A stretch of 64,000 bases of DNA from a candidate division FCPU426 bacterium. Lineage in GTDB: Bacteria > Oederibacteriota > Muellerivitia > Muellerivitales > Muellerivitaceae. Where the stretch lies: assembly GCA_963830915.1 (NCBI GenBank), contig CAWHOE010000064.1, positions 193,541 through 257,540 of the forward strand, read 5' to 3'. The notes beneath the pieces were generated by a model. It saw only the letters and a program-made list of their open reading frames with translations. It did no database searches and was not told where the DNA came from. Numbering within the stretch: position 1 is the first letter of the stretch; each line of letters opens with the position of its first letter. Below, one piece after another: positions 50,753-62,000 of the stretch. The position numbers and the translations under genes are program-made.

Positions 50753-51769
50753 GGGGTCAGGCCTACATTTTACACTTTAGAAGACGTTTGGCGAAGGCAT
50801 CGTCCGATGACGCCTTGGCCTTAATCCTGGTCCATTGATTCCCAACCGCAGAAAAACCCACGCCTATTCTTCTCCCTATTTCTTTTAAGCTCAAGCCCGA
50901 TTCTTTCCTCAACCAGTAGATAGCCACATCCCTGGCTTCCCGTCCCCTTCTTCCGGCCTTAAGTATCTCCTCTGGCTTTTCCCCATAAACCTTCCCAACC
51001 TTCTCAAGAACCTTTTCCGGGGCTATCTTGACTACATGTTGTTGGTACTTCGGCACGTCCAAGTTCCTGTGTTTCCGTCCCACGTCATGCACATGGTTTA
51101 AGAACTCTTCTTTCCCCAGGTAAACCCGGGAATATAGCTCTTCCCACGGCGATTCCTTTTTCCCGACCCCTTCCGCCACAAAACTCCTATAACTTTTCTG
51201 CGCTTGCGGAACATTCTTCCCAAACTGTCCCAATAGCCAATCGATCTCCAACCACGATTCTTTCTTATCCAATCCCGCGGTGGCTCGGTAACTGCTCCAC
51301 TTCCAATCCCCTGGTCCTTTTACCATCCTGGCCCTGACCGGATTCAACACCACATATCGGCACAATTCCTTTAAATAGCTCTCTTTCTCAACGACTATCG
51401 CCTTGAACCGGCCTTGGAACAAATGGCCCACACGATGATGTTTCTTATTGAACCGCTGGGTGTAAAGGCTATTGATGTGTTTCATCGCCAAAGAGAGGTT
51501 GGCGGATGGGGTTTCCAACAAAAGGTGGTAATGGTTGTCCATCAATACCCAGGCATGGCAAACCACCGCATTTTCCTCGACCATCTCCCCCAATATCTTG
51601 AGGAACAAACGCCGATCCGCGTCATCCGTGACGATCTTTCGTCTTTCATTCCCTCGGGATGTGACGTGATACACAGCGCCTTCATAATGGATTCTTCTGG
51701 GTCGGGGCATGCCAATATATTAATTTATAAAGTCACTTCTCGTAAAGTGTAATATGTAGGCCTGACCCC
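50753..51769 (-). mobile_element. TIR-flanked HUH/Y1 transposase element, copy 3 (1017 bp)
   Basis: Same TIRs and length as copies 1 and 2. Confidence 0.9.
50763..51710 (-). CDS. RAYT-like Y1 HUH transposase, copy 3
   Basis: 315 aa; variants HINS, YLKE, WTRI. Confidence 0.92.
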   Translation of the reverse strand: MPRPRRIHYEGAVYHVTSRGNERRKIVTDDADRRLFLKILGEMVEENAVVCHAWVLMDNHYHLLLETPSANLSLAMKHINSLYTQRFNKKHHRVGHLFQGRFKAIVVEKESYLKELCRYVVLNPVRARMVKGPGDWKWSSYRATAGLDKKESWLEIDWLLGQFGKNVPQAQKSYRSFVAEGVGKKESPWEELYSRVYLGKEEFLNHVHDVGRKHRNLDVPKYQQHVVKIAPEKVLEKVGKVYGEKPEEILKAGRRGREARDVAIYWLRKESGLSLKEIGRRIGVGFSAVGNQWTRIKAKASSDDAFAKRLLKCKM

Positions 51770-51776
51770 TTTGATA

Positions 51777-51865
51777 TATGGCCCAGGGAATCATAGGTGT
51801 AGTTAGTCGTATTGTTGTCGGGATCGGAGACCGAGGTCGGCAAGCGGGGGTTGTTCGGGTCGTTG
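51777..51865 (-). repeat. Exact 89-bp copy of Rhs core segment 56231-56319
   Basis: TATGGCCCAGGG...GGGTCGTTG identical in the same orientation; abuts TIR+TTTGATA. Confidence 0.92.
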
Positions 51866-51889
51866 AAGTATCTAATTCTCCAGAACAAC

Positions 51890-51925
51890 AAAAAGGGCCG
51901 GACCTTTTCAGGCCCAGCCCCTTTT
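51890..51925 (-). terminator. Probable terminator of 51959..52294
   Basis: Imperfect stem AAAAGGGCCGGACC..GGCCCAGCCCCTTTT flanked by A/T tracts. Confidence 0.5.
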
Positions 51926-51958
51926 CCTTTTGTTTTTCTGCAATGCCGTCTCATGCGT

Positions 51959-52294
51959 TCACCTAATCGGTATCGACTTGGAGAGTGTGTTTAACTGCTC
52001 GTTCAATTGGGCTATTTGGGTATCGGTAAGAGTCTTTGTACCATTTAACTTAAGGTCGGCCACTTCCTGTTTGCGGACCGCATCAATTTGGGCTTTCAAT
52101 AACTTGGCCTGGTCTTTGGTCAGCTTACCAGCCTTCACATCACGTTGGATTTGAATGTTTTGTTGGCGAAGACGAATGGAGAGTTTGTCCAGAGCGGTGT
52201 GCTGAACATGAACGTTGACAGGTGTTGGTTGGGGTGTGGCGAAGGCTACGCCCTGGGAAACAATAAAAGCCAAAATCGATAGAACTCGCTTCAT
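51959..52294 (-). CDS. Small secreted helical protein
   Basis: AAGGAG RBS; signal peptide ..GVAFA; QRDVKAGKLTKDQA repeat-like motif. Confidence 0.75.
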   Translation of the reverse strand: MKRVLSILAFIVSQGVAFATPQPTPVNVHVQHTALDKLSIRLRQQNIQIQRDVKAGKLTKDQAKLLKAQIDAVRKQEVADLKLNGTKTLTDTQIAQLNEQLNTLSKSIPIR

Positions 52295-52466
52295 GTTTCG
52301 CTCCTTGATTCTTAACTATATTCTAAAGGCCAGACCCCTTTGTTACGGGCGTATTCGGTAGCACTTTGGGCACGGAGGGGGTTGGCATGCCAGCTCCAAA
52401 AACCGCTTTTTGAGTCAGTATCAAAAAAACAAATAGAATCTTTCGTTTCATTTTAACTCCAAAATA

Positions 52467-53018
52467 TTACGGAATTTTCTTTAAATTCTGAATCCATTTG
52501 AACAGATCAGGATATTTATGCTTTGAAAATTTTTCCAAAGTCAAAAAAACTTCGTTCATTACTTTATCCGGCAACACACGTTTCAATTCACCTTGTTCAT
52601 CCTCTACCACAATCTGAAATCTTATGTTTTTTTTATGTTCATTCCATTTAATTTCTTGTTTTGGCATTAGGCCCTTAATAGAACTGGCAATTTTATCCAA
52701 TTCACCTTCAGGGATTACAAATTGTTGGGTAAGGAGACTTTCCTTGAAAAACTTTTCTTTTATTTCAGCATCAGAATACTTTCTAAAAGATACAATAGTA
52801 AAGGCTGTAGGAAAATCATTAGGCCCTACATAATATATATAAATGCCTTTTTGGAAATCGGTAATCTTTTTTGATTTAGAGCTATTACCTTTAGCCTCTT
52901 GGTTAGCCAATTCATTTTTAATATTGGATTTCACATTATCAACGGGTTGAGAAAAAACAACCTTTGGTGGTATTTGAAACAAGAAAATCAACATCAAATA
53001 AAACACAACTGATTTCAT
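52467..53018 (-). CDS. Putative cognate immunity protein of the giant Rhs (with signal peptide)
   Basis: AAGGAG RBS, 21 nt after the Rhs stop, AT-rich like the CT. Confidence 0.65.
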   Translation of the reverse strand: MKSVVFYLMLIFLFQIPPKVVFSQPVDNVKSNIKNELANQEAKGNSSKSKKITDFQKGIYIYYVGPNDFPTAFTIVSFRKYSDAEIKEKFFKESLLTQQFVIPEGELDKIASSIKGLMPKQEIKWNEHKKNIRFQIVVEDEQGELKRVLPDKVMNEVFLTLEKFSKHKYPDLFKWIQNLKKIP

Positions 53019-53039
53019 TTAATAGCTCCTTTGAGTTTT

Positions 53040-56000
53040 TTAATAATAATTAAAAACTAATGGGTCTAGCTTTATATTCGGAATATTATCCGGTCCAACA
53101 TATGTGAGATTGAATCCCCAATCAAATTCTGCAATTACAGAATATTTGCTAGTTCCCCAATCACTAACCCCAACCAAATATGTTTCGGCTTGCCATGTAA
53201 GCACGCCGCCTATAGGAACATCATCATAGGGCCTAGCAGGACCATCCGTAAAATGTGTATTTCCGCCATCATCATTCCAGATATCTTGTTCCATTTTCGT
53301 TGGATAGTAATACGGAGGTGTTGAAGCTTCTGGATATTTTTTGAAATTTGGATCATTTTCACGTTTACCATCAACATACCATTCATCCACTTTCATGTTA
53401 GGAAGTTTAAGTTCTGCAACATTTGTTAATATCAGTTGAATCCATCTATAAAATTTGAAAGGCGCATTTCTCCCTTTTATCAAAGCACCTACGCCTATCT
53501 CAGCACCACCTGACCAACCAGTATCATTAGGATGATAATACTTATATACAAGTTTAACCTGGTTTGTGAGATCACGTGCCAAACTTGACCAAAAAACATG
53601 TGGTTCTTGATCCATAGTATCTCTTCCACTCGGATCAATACGATCAATTGGATTATTCGATCCGAAAATGTATCTATGAAGAGATATAGGATCTTCTTTA
53701 TCACCTTCATAACTATCCATTGTCTGGAATCGTCCTATACTCGGTTTCATCCATCTAGCCCTTAAATTGTAGAACCCTGTATTGGCATCAAGTTGCTCTC
53801 CATCGTATTGGTAGTTATTCGGAGTTGTGCCTGTAGAGGACATGGAGTTCCCAAAAGAGTCCAACGTATATGTATCAGTAACATTCCCAGTACCATCCAT
53901 CAAATATCTAACTGACCCTTGCCCGTCATAACCGTAGAAAGACAGTTGCCAGTCGGCGATCGATAGTAGACGGTCTTGAGAAATCCGGCTTGTGCCGTAG
54001 GTATAGGTTCTGGTTACCGCACTCCCACCCTGCATTTCATCCATCACCTGGGCATAACCGGTGAGGTTGTTGCTATCGATGAGGTAGTTGGTAGTGGTGC
54101 CGTTCACAGTCTGCGAAGCCTTATTGCCGTCACCGTCATATAGGAAAGTTTCGTTCAGGCCGGTGCCGGTTACTGTAACCATTCTGTCGAGGGTGTCGTA
54201 GGTATAGGTCTTGCCTGATGGGTCGGTCAGGGTATTTCCGTCGTTATCGTAGGTGTACCCAGCCGTCAGGCGATCATTCGGGTCATATTGGCCTGTGAAG
54301 TTTTGAGAAGTGATCGGGGTGACACTGGTGCTTCTGATGTTCCGGTTTCCAACTGGGTCGTAGGTGTAGCCGATGCTTCCGTTGTTGCCCGCCGGGTCTT
54401 GCTGGATGACCTCCCCGGTTAACCTGTATAAATCATCATAGGTCCACTGCACGTTGCGGTTGCTGTACTCGTTCACCGACAGCCTATTTCCAGTCGGTCC
54501 CAAAGTATAGGTATAGGAAGCGACCGTCGCGGCGTTCGAAGTTAGGAGCGACGCCATGGAATTCAGCCGGTTCAATTGATCGTAAGCGTAAGTGACCGCC
54601 ACACCATTCGGCAAGTTGATCCCCGACAAGTTTCCAATGGCGTCATAGCTGTAAGTGGTGGTTAATATCCCACGGTGACTGTCCGTCACGGTCGTGGGCC
54701 GATTCAAGGCGTCATATAGGTAACTCATATTGGCCCCACCAGGGTTGCTCGAAGCGATGCTGGCGATATTTCCGTGGTAGTCATAGCCATAGGTCAGGTT
54801 GCCGTAGGTGGTGTTGTTCTTCGTCTTCATTCTGTCCCTGGCGTCATAGGTATAGGTCGTGGTACCGCTGATATCCGTCATGCTCTGGCGTCTCAAGAAA
54901 CCGTCATAGTTGAACACGATACTTCCCTCGCTGAAGCTCTCGCTCTGTAGCCGGTCATCCAGGTTGGTATAGGCGTAACTAATGCTCTTTCCATTGAAGG
55001 TCGTCTTGTGGATCAGGTTTCCAGTGGCGTCATAGGTGTCGTAGGTCTCGGTTTGGCCGCCGGGTAATTTGCGGCTTTTTCGCCGGTTCATATTGTCATA
55101 GGTAAAATAAGTGGTGTGGTTGTTCGAATCCATCTGGCTCAGAAGGTTCCCCACCTGATCGTAGGTATAGGTCTCGGTCATGTTGCCGGAGGACGAAACC
55201 TTGGTGACATTGGTCAGCCGCCCTTGGCCGTCATAGCTGAAGTTGGTCACGTTCTGCGCTTGGTCAATGGTCTGGGTCTTCCGGCCATCCGCGTCATATA
55301 CCGTAATAGAAGGGTTCACATAGGCCTGTCCGGCAGGTTGGGGATAGGTCACGGTCGTGGCACGATTCAAGGTGTCGTACCCGGTGGTTGATTGCAACTG
55401 ACCCGCGACCGTCAGGGTGGTCTGGTTGCCGTTGGCGTCGTAGCCATATTGGCTTTCCTGATTGACGCTTCCCGCCCCCGCGATCATGTCCAACCGCCTC
55501 CCGGCGTTGTCATAGTCGTAATGGGTGCGGTTGTTGTTCTCGTCGATGCTGTCCGTCACCCTTCCCTGGCCGTCATACACTGAGATGGTCCGGTTGGTAT
55601 CCGGATAGGTCACGGTTACCGGGTGGTTCATGTTGTCGTAGTCGGTGTGGGTATTACGGGAAGATCCGTCCGTCCCATATTCGGTGTCGTCCGTGCGGTT
55701 ACCGTTAGGGTCATAGCCGTAAACGCTCTTGCGGTTGTCGGGGTACTGGATGGTGGCGGGCCGGCCCATGGCGTCGTAGAAATCGTTGGTCTGGCGCTGT
55801 TTCTGGTCGATGGTCCCCACCACATGGCCTAGGGAGTCGTAAATGGTCTGAGTGTTCGTGCCATCGGGGTAGAAAGTCTCCACCAAACGGTTGTTGGTGT
55901 CATAAGTATAGAGGGTGGTCTGGTTGCCCGAACCGGAGGGGTTCTGCTTGGTTTCGGTCACCCGGTTTCCGTTGGCATCGTAGGTGTAGGTAGTGGTGAG

Positions 56001-59000
56001 GGCCTCAGGCAGGCCGTAGGCGACGGTTTGGGAGAGCATATTGCCGGAACCGTCATACGTATATTGGGTCACAATGCCGGCCGGGTCGGTTTGGCTCAAC
56101 ATATTCCCGTTGGAGTCATAGGTATAACTGGACGGGGTCTGGTCCTGGGCCGATTGGCTGGTCTTGAGGTTGCCGTTGGAATCATAGGTATTGGTCGCCA
56201 CGTTCCCCTTGGGGTCCTTGGTGGTGAGGGTATGGCCCAGGGAATCATAGGTGTAGTTAGTCGTATTGTTGTCGGGATCGGAGACCGAGGTCGGCAAGCG
56301 GGGGTTGTTCGGGTCGTTGTACTGGTACCGGGTGGGGTTGCTGTTGCCTGGTAACAACTCCGTCAGCTTGTTATTGTAGCCGTCCTGGGAATAGGTATAA
56401 GTCGTCGTTTCAGCCGTGCCATTCAGATATTGGGTTTCGGAGAGAACATTCCCGTTGTTGTCGTATAAATAGCTGGTGGGCTGGTTATTTCGGTTTGTCA
56501 CCGACTCGCTATTGGCCGCGAGATTGTAATTGTAGAAAATCTTGTTGCCATAGGCATCGATACTGTCGGTCATCCGCCCCGAATCGTCATAGTCGTTGCG
56601 GATGGGGGTGTCCCCCAAGGGGTCTTGGATGCCCTTCAACCCGTGGGTGGTGTTATAGGTATAAATGTCTTTTTGGTTCTTGAGCCTTGCCCCTGGGTCC
56701 TGATAGGTCGCCAGGTTGCCGTTGTTGTCATAAGTGTAGTAATAAAAGTTCCCCCCCGGGTCCTTGATCTGATAGATCCGCCCATAGCTATCCCGGCTGA
56801 AGGTGATGTCCTCTGCCCCGGCGGAAGCCCCGACCCAGTGGATACCGGCCATATCCACTTTCAAAGTATTCCCCACCAAATCCGTCATGCTTTCCATGCC
56901 CGTACTGGTGTTTACGATGTACTTGCGCCCGTTCTCATCGGTGAAGAGGTACCTTTGAGGGTCATAGTCGCCGTCCCCATCCGTGGTCCAGGTCAAGAAC
57001 GCCCCATCCTCAACAGCCCCTGTCGTATCAGGCGTTACATTCGTAACCGCTTTTCCGTTCCCATCGATGGGCAAAAGGCCGCAATTGGGCGCGGTGCCGT
57101 ATAAAGGCTCGAACCTTACCCCAAAGCTAGCGTCCAATTCCGAGAACGTATTGCCGTAGGTGATGTCCGTTCCATCCGCGAAAAAGTGGGGCTCGAATCG
57201 GTATACCTTGCCTCCGGGGAAGACAATATCCACGAAATGTGATTGGCCTGACGAAACGGAATAACCCGCGTAAGCCAAGCCCACGCTCCAACCATCCCCT
57301 AATACCCCGGAAGGCTCCACCTGGATGTTATGGATGTCCAGCGTCCAGCCAATTCCAAAATCCCCCTGGTTCTGGTTCCGGGAATCGTAGGTTCGGATGA
57401 CCTGCATCGGTATCCCGGACACCGGCACATTGAGGTCGGTGAAGGATAAGGTGAAGTTCCCAACCTTCTGGTTGCCGTCCACCGTGATATTGGCCACCGT
57501 CCAACCCGTGTTGGAGCCGTCCGGTTGTTGGGCTAATAACATCAGGTTATAGACTCCATTGATCATCAGGGTCGGGTCCAGGGTGCCCAATACCCCGTTA
57601 GTGATCTGGTTCGTCCCCGAAGCGATGGTCACCGCGGTCGCCGTTGCCGGGCTCACCGCTTGTACCACTAAAAACCACCCGCTCTGGTAATTGGAGCCGG
57701 GAGGGGCCGGTGAAAAATCGCCATTGGCGGTGCCCCAGATGGTCACCTGGTTGGTCACCCTCGCCCCGTCCGCCGCCACCGGCGTGGGTTTGGGGTTCCC
57801 GGGGCTAGGCAATTCAATGAGCGTGTCCAATTCAGCGAAGAGCGGCAGCGGCACTTGCGTGGCCGTGGCTGTCGCCGTTGGAGTCGGTGTGACCGTCGGT
57901 GTTGAGGTGTACCAAGTGCCCGTGGGGGTCGCGGTGATCGTGAAGGTCGACGTGATCGTGTTGGTGGACGTGGGCGTGCCTGTGGGCGTGGGCGTATTGG
58001 TAGGTGCGGGAGGCGGCTGTTCGGGAATGACTTCCAGGGAAGAGACAAAGGCTTCTCCTTGACTGCCCGCCTCTTGTTTCAATCGGATATCCAGGGTGCT
58101 ATTGCCCGTACTTGAATTCACCGTTACAGGAATATCGTAATAGTTTTGCTGGTAGGCATAGGCCAGGGGGACCAGGGAGGCAAGATCGATCCCTTTTGAA
58201 ACTTCTTGACCCTGTATATAGAGATCGAAAATTCGCTGTCCCGGCTCTTCATACGCGGCCTCCGCCCAATTCAACACCACGTGGTAATTTCCCGGCGGAA
58301 CATCGTATTGATACTCCACCAAGGGCCCTCCTAAATAATCCAAGAAAAGGGCCGGATCGGCGGTGTTATCGATGGGATAACCGGTCGGAAGGTAAAAAGC
58401 CGTTACAGGCTGGGAGGGGGAATTGATATAGCCAAACCCGGCTCCACCTTGGGCCAACTGTTTGTAAGGCGCATCCGCGAGCCAAGTGACATTCGATGAA
58501 CTGGAATAATACTGGGGTCCCCCCGAGTTCAAGGGGATGATCTGGGCCCCCGGAACCACCGTCGGTGTGGGCGAAGGGGTGACCGGGGCCTGCAAGCCGA
58601 TGACCTGAATGGCGGAGATGGTGGAATCATCCAAGGATGACTGCCATTTCAAGTCCAAGGGGCCCTGGGTGACGGGTACCGTAAAGGTCACATCATAAGC
58701 GGCGTTCAACCCGACGGTATAGAACAAGTCCAGGTTCGAGACGACGGGAACCCCCTGGGCCGAAACGCTGAAGATACGCTGGCCCGCTTGCGTGAAGAAA
58801 TCCTCGATCATCTTCAAGGTGACCTGGTAGTTTCCCGGGGGAACGTCAAATTCGTATTCCATCGTTGGATTTTGCATCGTCGTTTGATAAAGGCCAGGTT
58901 CCGAGGTGTTGGTAATGTTGGCCGATGTGACATATTCATCCTCATCGACGGCAAACCCGTAACTGCCAGGAACACCTGGGTAATATTGCTGAGCCGCGTA

Positions 59001-62000
59001 CCAGGTCACGCCCTGCGTCAAAGGATCCACATAGTTCTCGTCCCCGATATGGAGCCGCGCCACATATGCCCCTGGGATCATCGTGGGAGAGGATGTCACG
59101 GTTGGCGTATTCGTTGGGGTAAAGGTGATCGTCGGTGTCCAAGTGAAGGTGGGGGGAATGAATGTTCCCGTGGGAGTCATGGTAGCCGTAAAGGTGCTCG
59201 TCGAGGTCCAAGTGGGCGGCGGACTGGCGGGGGGTTGGAGCCCCTGAACCCAAATAGCCGATATAACCGCGTTGTTATTGATGCCGACGAAGTCCAGGAC
59301 CAACGGTCCGTTGAGAACCTGGACATTGACGGCGGCGGTATAAGCGGTATAGATCCCGGCTTGGGCGACGATGCAAAGATTATTGATGACCTGGTTCCCC
59401 TGCGCCAGAACGTTGAAGACCCGGGTACCAACCCACTCATTCGCCGGATTGGTTTCGGCGAATTTTAAAGTGACCTGGTAATTCCCGGGAGCCACGTCGA
59501 ATTTGTACTCGATGGATTGGCCTTCGCGCCATGTCTGGAATAGGGTCGGATCGGCGGTGTTTGAGATATTAGCGGTCGTGGAATTCCTAACGGCTGAGCC
59601 GGTATAGCCGAAACCACCCGGACTATAGGCCTGGTCGGCGGTCCAGGTGGCACCGCGGGAATCCACGTACTGGGGCCCGCCCACATTGACCCGGACGGAA
59701 TAAGCGCCCGGAATAGGCGTTAAGGTGGGCGTGACAAGCGGGGTTGGGGTAGGCGTGGGAATGTTACCCGATATTTGGGCGTCGATATATCGATCGCCAC
59801 CGCGATCCCTGGCGCGGATGGCCAAAAGATTCGATCCATTCACGAGAAGCGTCTGGGGGATCGAAAAAACCAGCTTATTGAAAGCGGCACAACCCTCGGT
59901 ATTGATCATCCCCCCCGAGATATCCTGGCCGTTGATGAAGACGTCCACATCGTTGTCGATGGCGATGGCGACCCCTAAATTCGTTGATCCGGAGGGGACG
60001 GTAAAAAACTGCCGGAGCAATAGGTCATTGCTCCCATTGGGCCAAAGGGTATTGACGTAGGCCCCCTCGCAACCCCCAAGATTGCCGAACCCCGCCTCGC
60101 CGGAAGACCAGGTTGAATCATCATAATTAACCTGCTCAAAACCGCTGTCAAAACCAAATACACCCGCTTGATATTTGAAATAGGTCGAATGATACGGCAG
60201 GATCACCCCAGGGGTGGTGATGATGATCGGGGTCAACGTCGGGGTAAATGTGGGACGAGCGCCAACCACCGTTGGAGTTAGAGTGACCGTCGGTACATTA
60301 AAGAAAATCTCCGAATTCAGGAAATTATTCGAGTAGTTGCTTTCCACAACGGTGTGGGTAATACCGCCGCTGTCATTGACGGACACCCAAATGGGGCCGG
60401 TCAGGTTTTGGGAAGCCGGGATGGTCAAGGTGACAGCCTCAGATTGTCCCTTGAGAAGGCCGACCGTGGTCTGGACCGTGCCCAGGAGAATTCCGCCGTT
60501 ATGGGGATCACCGTCGTAAAAAGCTGTATAGATCCCGGAGGGCGCGGGACCAATGGCGGTGTTGTTGACCGAAACAGTTAAGAGGCGGTTTGTCCCGATG
60601 ATCGTCGTGTCGAAGTTTGAGGGTGTCAGATCCGGCAGACCCACGGGTGTGGGCGTGACGTTAAGACAATTAAGGAATATATCCACCCTTTGGTTGGACC
60701 AGTCCGCCACGTAAACATTCCCTGACGGGTCGAAGTCCATCCCCCAGGGATTGTTGAATTGTCCCGCTCCTCCCCCTCCCCCGCTGCCGAACGTCTCCCT
60801 CAGGTTTCCGTTCACGTCGTACACGTATAAATAACTGAAATACTCGTCCGTCTCCCACAAGAACCCGTTCGAGTCGAATTTCATCTGGTAGATGTTGATC
60901 TGGCCCTGGTTTTGACCCCATGTCCTGAGCGCCAGGCCGGAGGAATTGAATACCTCCACTCGGGTGTTGTATTGGTCCCATACATACACGTTGCCCGACC
61001 CGTCCACCGCCACCGCCTGGGGATTGCGCAGATCCCCCAAGTAGGTACTCGTGGCCCCTGTCCCGAACACCGTCACCGCCGTCCCGTTCACCTGGTATTC
61101 CCTCACCACATTGTCGGCGGGATCGGCCACGTACAGGTTCCCGTTGGGCCCCGGGCCAAAGGCCATCCCCTGGGTGCCCCCGAACACATTTGCCCCGATC
61201 GTCGACAAGGAAACCCCCTGCGTACTCACCACGTCGACCTGTTTGTGCCCCGCGTCGCTGATATACAGGTTCCCGTCCGGCCCCTGCAACATCCCCTGCG
61301 GGTTGCTCGTGGGGATACCAAAATTCCTTACGTAATCCCCCTTCGCCGTATACACCTGAACGAGATTGTTCCCGTTGTTCAGGACATAGACATACCCGTC
61401 ATTCCCATAGACCACCCCGGCCGGGTTGGACATGCTCCCAGTAAAGTTGGGACCTAACCTTAAACATGGAATCGAGCCAGTCACCACGGTCGGGGTCGCC
61501 GTGGGTACCATCCCGCAGGGGTACCACTTGTCCACCCTTTGGTTGGACCAGTCCGCCACGTAGACATCCCCTGACGGGTCGAAGTCCATCCCCCAGGGAT
61601 TGTTGAATTGTCCCGCTCCTCCCCCTCCCCCGCTGCCGAACGTCTCCCTCAGGTTTCCGTTCACGTCGTACACGTATAAATAACTGAAATACTCGTCCGT
61701 CTCCCACAAGAACCCGTTCGAGTCGAATTTCATCTGGTAGATGTTGATCTGGCCCTGATTTTGACCCCACGCCCTGAGCGCCAGACCGGAGGAATTGAAT
61801 ACCTCCACTCGGGTGTTGTATTGGTCCCATACATACACGTTGCCCGACCCGTCCACCGCCACCGCCTGGGGATTGCGCAGAATCCCCCAAGTAGGTACTC
61901 GTGGCCCCTGTTCCGAACACCGTCACCGCCGTCCCGTTCACCTGGTATTCCCTCACCACATTGTCGGCGGGGTCGGCCACGTACAGGTTCCCGTTGGGCC

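Noticed and set aside
42849..51769. CRISPR array or integron attC array
   Set aside because: Repeats are inverted ends of a 1-kb coding element with kb-scale spacing; no cas genes, tyrosine integrase or attC core sites seen.
51777..56319. Diversity-generating retroelement TR/VR pair
   Set aside because: The two 89-bp copies are identical (no adenine-specific mismatches) and no reverse transcriptase is present in the window.
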